38,000 nt of DNA from a virus (lineage: Duplodnaviria > Caudoviricetes). Positions 35,789-38,000 of this stretch are shown here, piece after piece. The stretch is from positions 1 through 38,000 of the IMG/VR virus record IMGVR_UViG_3300020043_003657. One strand, given 5' to 3'. Within the stretch, counting starts at the first letter, position 1. Every line of letters starts with the position of its first letter. Position numbers and translations under genes: made by a program. The notes beneath the pieces were generated by a model. The model made no database searches, was not told the DNA's origin, and saw nothing but the letters and a program-made list of their open reading frames with translations.

Positions 35789-36295
35789 CACCTGCGGAGC
35801 GGATTGTGTCATGCCCAGTTCTTTTCGGAGAGATTCGATTTCCTCGTCTTCGCGTTGTTTAGGGCGGGAGGAGTTGGAGTGGACTACGTTTTGTGAAGGG
35901 CGTCCGAGGGTGCGGTCTAGGATTTCTTTTGCTGCCTGGAGACGGACTGTCTCGGAAGAAGCGGAGTGAAGGAGAGTTTGAAGGACGAGGATTGCGTCAG
36001 CGCTCGCAGAGTGGAGCTGGGAGAGTTCGTAGGAACCTGCAACACGGTCAATGGAGGCGGAGGAAAGTTGCTCGCGGGCCTCAGGGGTGGTCAGGTAGGA
36101 TTGGATTTCTCTAACTGGGCGGTTGAGCGAGCGGGAGATCTCGTAGAGAGACTGGCCGGAGGCAGAAAGTAGGACAGCACTGCGGTGCCAAGGGAGGGCG
36201 ATGGAGGTGAGGACGGTGGGAGCGGGTGAGGCTTCATCGTCTAGGAGGGCGACCGCAGGCTGTCGGGAAGGAGTGAGGATAAGGGGTTCACTCAT
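35783..36295 (-). CDS. terS: terminase small subunit-like protein
   Basis: HTH SLYEISRSLN plus SETVRLQAAKEILDRTLGRP; first large gene of the late arm. Confidence 0.65.
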   Translation of the reverse strand: MSEPLILTPSRQPAVALLDDEASPAPTVLTSIALPWHRSAVLLSASGQSLYEISRSLNRPVREIQSYLTTPEAREQLSSASIDRVAGSYELSQLHSASADAILVLQTLLHSASSETVRLQAAKEILDRTLGRPSQNVVHSNSSRPKQREDEEIESLRKELGMTQSAPQVG

Positions 36296-36378
36296 GGCTT
36301 GGTTAAGAGCACTGTGAGGTTATCGCGGGAAGTCACGATGACAATTTTGGGCTGTTTAGGTGTGATCGTGGGGCGCAT
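36292..36378 (-). CDS. 28-aa leader ORF, possibly leaderless
   Basis: MRPTITPKQPKIVIVTSRDNLTVLLTKP; ATG 5 nt after a -10 box; ATGA coupling to terS. Confidence 0.5.
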   Translation of the reverse strand: MRPTITPKQPKIVIVTSRDNLTVLLTKP

Positions 36379-36383
36379 GGGGT

Positions 36384-36411
36384 AAGGTAGCAAGGGGAAG
36401 GGAAAAGGAAA
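36384..36411 (-). promoter_or_regulatory. putative late-arm promoter
   Basis: TTTCCT-16 nt-TACCTT with extended TG and an AT-rich upstream tract; resembles the promoter at 438-465. Confidence 0.5.
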
Positions 36412-36634
36412 GCGGGATTTATTATTTTTTCTTAGGGCAGTGGACACCATGACGGATAAGCTACCCGCCCAAGCGCCCGCCCGCCCCTAGCAAGCCCGCC
36501 TTGCCCCTTTCCTTCGCGTTTTAGCCCCCTTTACCGCCCGCCCGCTATCATCACCCTAACCCAAAACAGCCCCTTTATTTCGCCTTATTGCGACCCCGTC
36601 TCAACACCCTCCTCAACTCCTCCTTCCTCCTCTC

Positions 36635-36651
36635 GTTTAACCTACTTATCC
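36635..36651. repeat. palindromic site 10 (GTTTAA-CCTAC-TTATCC)
   Basis: Intergenic copy at the end of a strongly C-rich tract. Confidence 0.7.
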
Positions 36652-36806
36652 CACAGCCTTCGGTTTGAGTTAGCTTTTTTTTTGGTTAGGGTTACTCCGC
36701 GCGTGGTAGAGGGATATATTAACACCCCCACACCCCGGCTGGGTAGGGAACCCCTTTTAGCTTATAGGTGAGGGGGGGCGGGAAGCACTCCGGGGGCTCG
36801 GGGCCA

Positions 36807-36834
36807 AGCGCAAGGTGCGCTATGATCTTTGACA
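36807..36834 (+). promoter_or_regulatory. hairpin plus boxA-like antitermination element
   Basis: AGCGCA-AGG-TGCGCT hairpin followed by TGATCTTTGACA. Confidence 0.45.
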
Positions 36835-36852
36835 CGATAGAAAGCAGGTTAT

Positions 36853-36868
36853 TGTTCTACGTAGAACA
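36853..36868. promoter_or_regulatory. parS-like perfect palindrome TGTTCTACGTAGAACA
   Basis: 16-bp perfect inverted repeat resembling chromosomal parS TGTT(T/C)CACGTG(A/G)AACA. Confidence 0.6.
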
Positions 36869-36935
36869 TTAGCGTGCAATCAGGTACTTTACGGCAATTC
36901 GTGGAGTATCTGATACACACGTTAAAGGAAACACT

Positions 36936-37346
36936 ATGATCAAAATCAAAGCAAACAATGGCGGTAATACTTATGGCTATCTTATCTCAGAAGTTCAATG
37001 GATGGAAGTCGCAAAGACTGTCTTTCTTGAGACTCAAAAAGAGCAGTCCGAAAAAGTAAAAGAGCCGTTAAAGATGGGCGGCGCGATTAGCCAGTTTTTG
37101 CACGCCTATGGCGTGACAGGAGAGCAAGATGAAAAGAGTGTCCTAGCAGGGAACGCTAGCGCCTTTCCAGCCAACGGAGGAGAGTTTGAATCCGCTGATT
37201 GGCTAACGGCTTGGAATCACTCTGAAGGCCGTTCGGCAGGACTTGCGACAAGACAAGCCACTTGGGATAGAAAGGCCGCCGACCTTAGAGGGGGCGGACT
37301 TAAGCCGGAAGACTTTATCGGCAAGCGCCCAGAGGCCAAAGCATAA
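36936..37346 (+). CDS. early hypothetical protein
   Basis: 136 aa; AAGGA Shine-Dalgarno; followed by a terminator. Confidence 0.85.
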   Translation: MIKIKANNGGNTYGYLISEVQWMEVAKTVFLETQKEQSEKVKEPLKMGGAISQFLHAYGVTGEQDEKSVLAGNASAFPANGGEFESADWLTAWNHSEGRSAGLATRQATWDRKAADLRGGGLKPEDFIGKRPEAKA

Positions 37347-37361
37347 AGCCGCCTAGTGAAA

Positions 37362-37402
37362 GAGGTTGTGGGGTAAGCTAATTATCCCACAGCCTCATTT
37401 TT
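37362..37402 (+). terminator. intrinsic terminator-like hairpin whose apex is palindromic site 11 (37371-37387, GGGTAA-GCTAA-TTATCC)
   Basis: GAGGTTGTGGGGTAA/TTATCCCACAGCCTC stem followed by ATTTTT. Confidence 0.7.
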
Positions 37403-37436
37403 GCGTTCCTGAAAAAGGTATCCGCTTGGTAGTAGT

Positions 37437-38000
37437 GGGTCCAGCCCAACTGATGTGGAAGCGGCTTTCATTATAGCTCTTTCTTCTCAGTCGGCGGCGT
37501 TTTCTGTGACTCCTTCGTATAGTGGGAGTTTTACGGTAACTAATCTTACGCCGGGAGCGGCTCCAGGTAACGGTAGCTCACTCCCGACTGATTTTAATTT
37601 TTCAATTTCTACTGCTGGTGCTGATGCTATATCGAGATTGGCTGAAGCAGATGGAAGTCAGTTAACAAACATTAATGCCGCCAGCATCCCTGGCCCCTCA
37701 ACGACAAACTTGGGCGGAGTTTACTCCAGTTCAGGTAGTCCTGGGCAATTCGTCACCGGGGTCGGAACATCAGGCGATTTGGTTTACTCGGCGCTACCCA
37801 CCACCGCCATCGCCAACGGCGGCACAGGCCAAACGGCTAAAACCGCTGCCTTCGACGCCTTGGCACCAACGACGACCAAAGGCGACCTTATTGTTCACAA
37901 TGGCACTGATAATATCAGAGTGGCTGTGGGAGGCACTAACGGTCATGTCTTGACGGTGGACAGCGCAGAAGCCAGCGGCGTGAAGTGGGCTGCTGGCGGA
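37437..38000 (+). repeat. inverted, 5'-truncated second copy of the tail fibre gene (matches 34583-35146)
   Basis: Colinear with no indels; 37 substitutions in 564 nt by hand count; frame open to the window end; in-frame TGA at 37410 upstream. Confidence 0.95.

Noticed and set aside
36646-36655. DnaA boxes (TTATCCCACA)
   Set aside because: Has an extra C relative to TTATCCACA, is not clustered, and is explained as the right arm of the palindromic motif.
2407-37387. CRISPR array or Xer dif sites as the explanation for the repeats
   Set aside because: Copies are kilobases apart and degenerate, and they lack the 11-6-11 dif architecture.
37437-38000. Diversity-generating retroelement template repeat for the fibre gene
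   Set aside because: Mismatches are mostly synonymous and not adenine-specific, the repeat is long, and no reverse transcriptase is present in the window.

Overview
Most of a tailed dsDNA phage genome (Caudoviricetes, podovirus-like). The + strand arm (about 112-13654, resuming at 36936) carries early and replication genes: Cas4-like PD-(D/E)XK nuclease, Sak4-like AAA ATPase, SSB-like protein, ParB-HTH-methyltransferase fusion, family A polymerase with a UDG-like N-terminus, ATP-dependent ligase and a DUF3987-like P-loop NTPase. No primase was recognised. The convergent - strand arm (36378-13605) carries TerS, a tail fibre and chaperone, a lysis cassette, TerL, portal, scaffold, major capsid, adaptor and ejection-type proteins including a 2660-aa polyvalent protein. 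The main unexplained signal is a degenerate palindrome, GGTTAA-N5-TTAACC, found 11 times, mostly 2-5.5 kb apart and often inside genes. At ten copies the + strand switches from C/A-rich to G/T-rich, giving a sawtooth skew like that of multiple bidirectional origins or loading sites. Other oddities: a pseudoknot-rich non-coding region, three non-canonical CCA-ending tRNA-like elements, a parS-like palindrome, and an inverted, 5'-truncated, about 93%-identical second copy of the tail-fibre gene at the window end. All family calls come from motif recognition by eye, not database searches.
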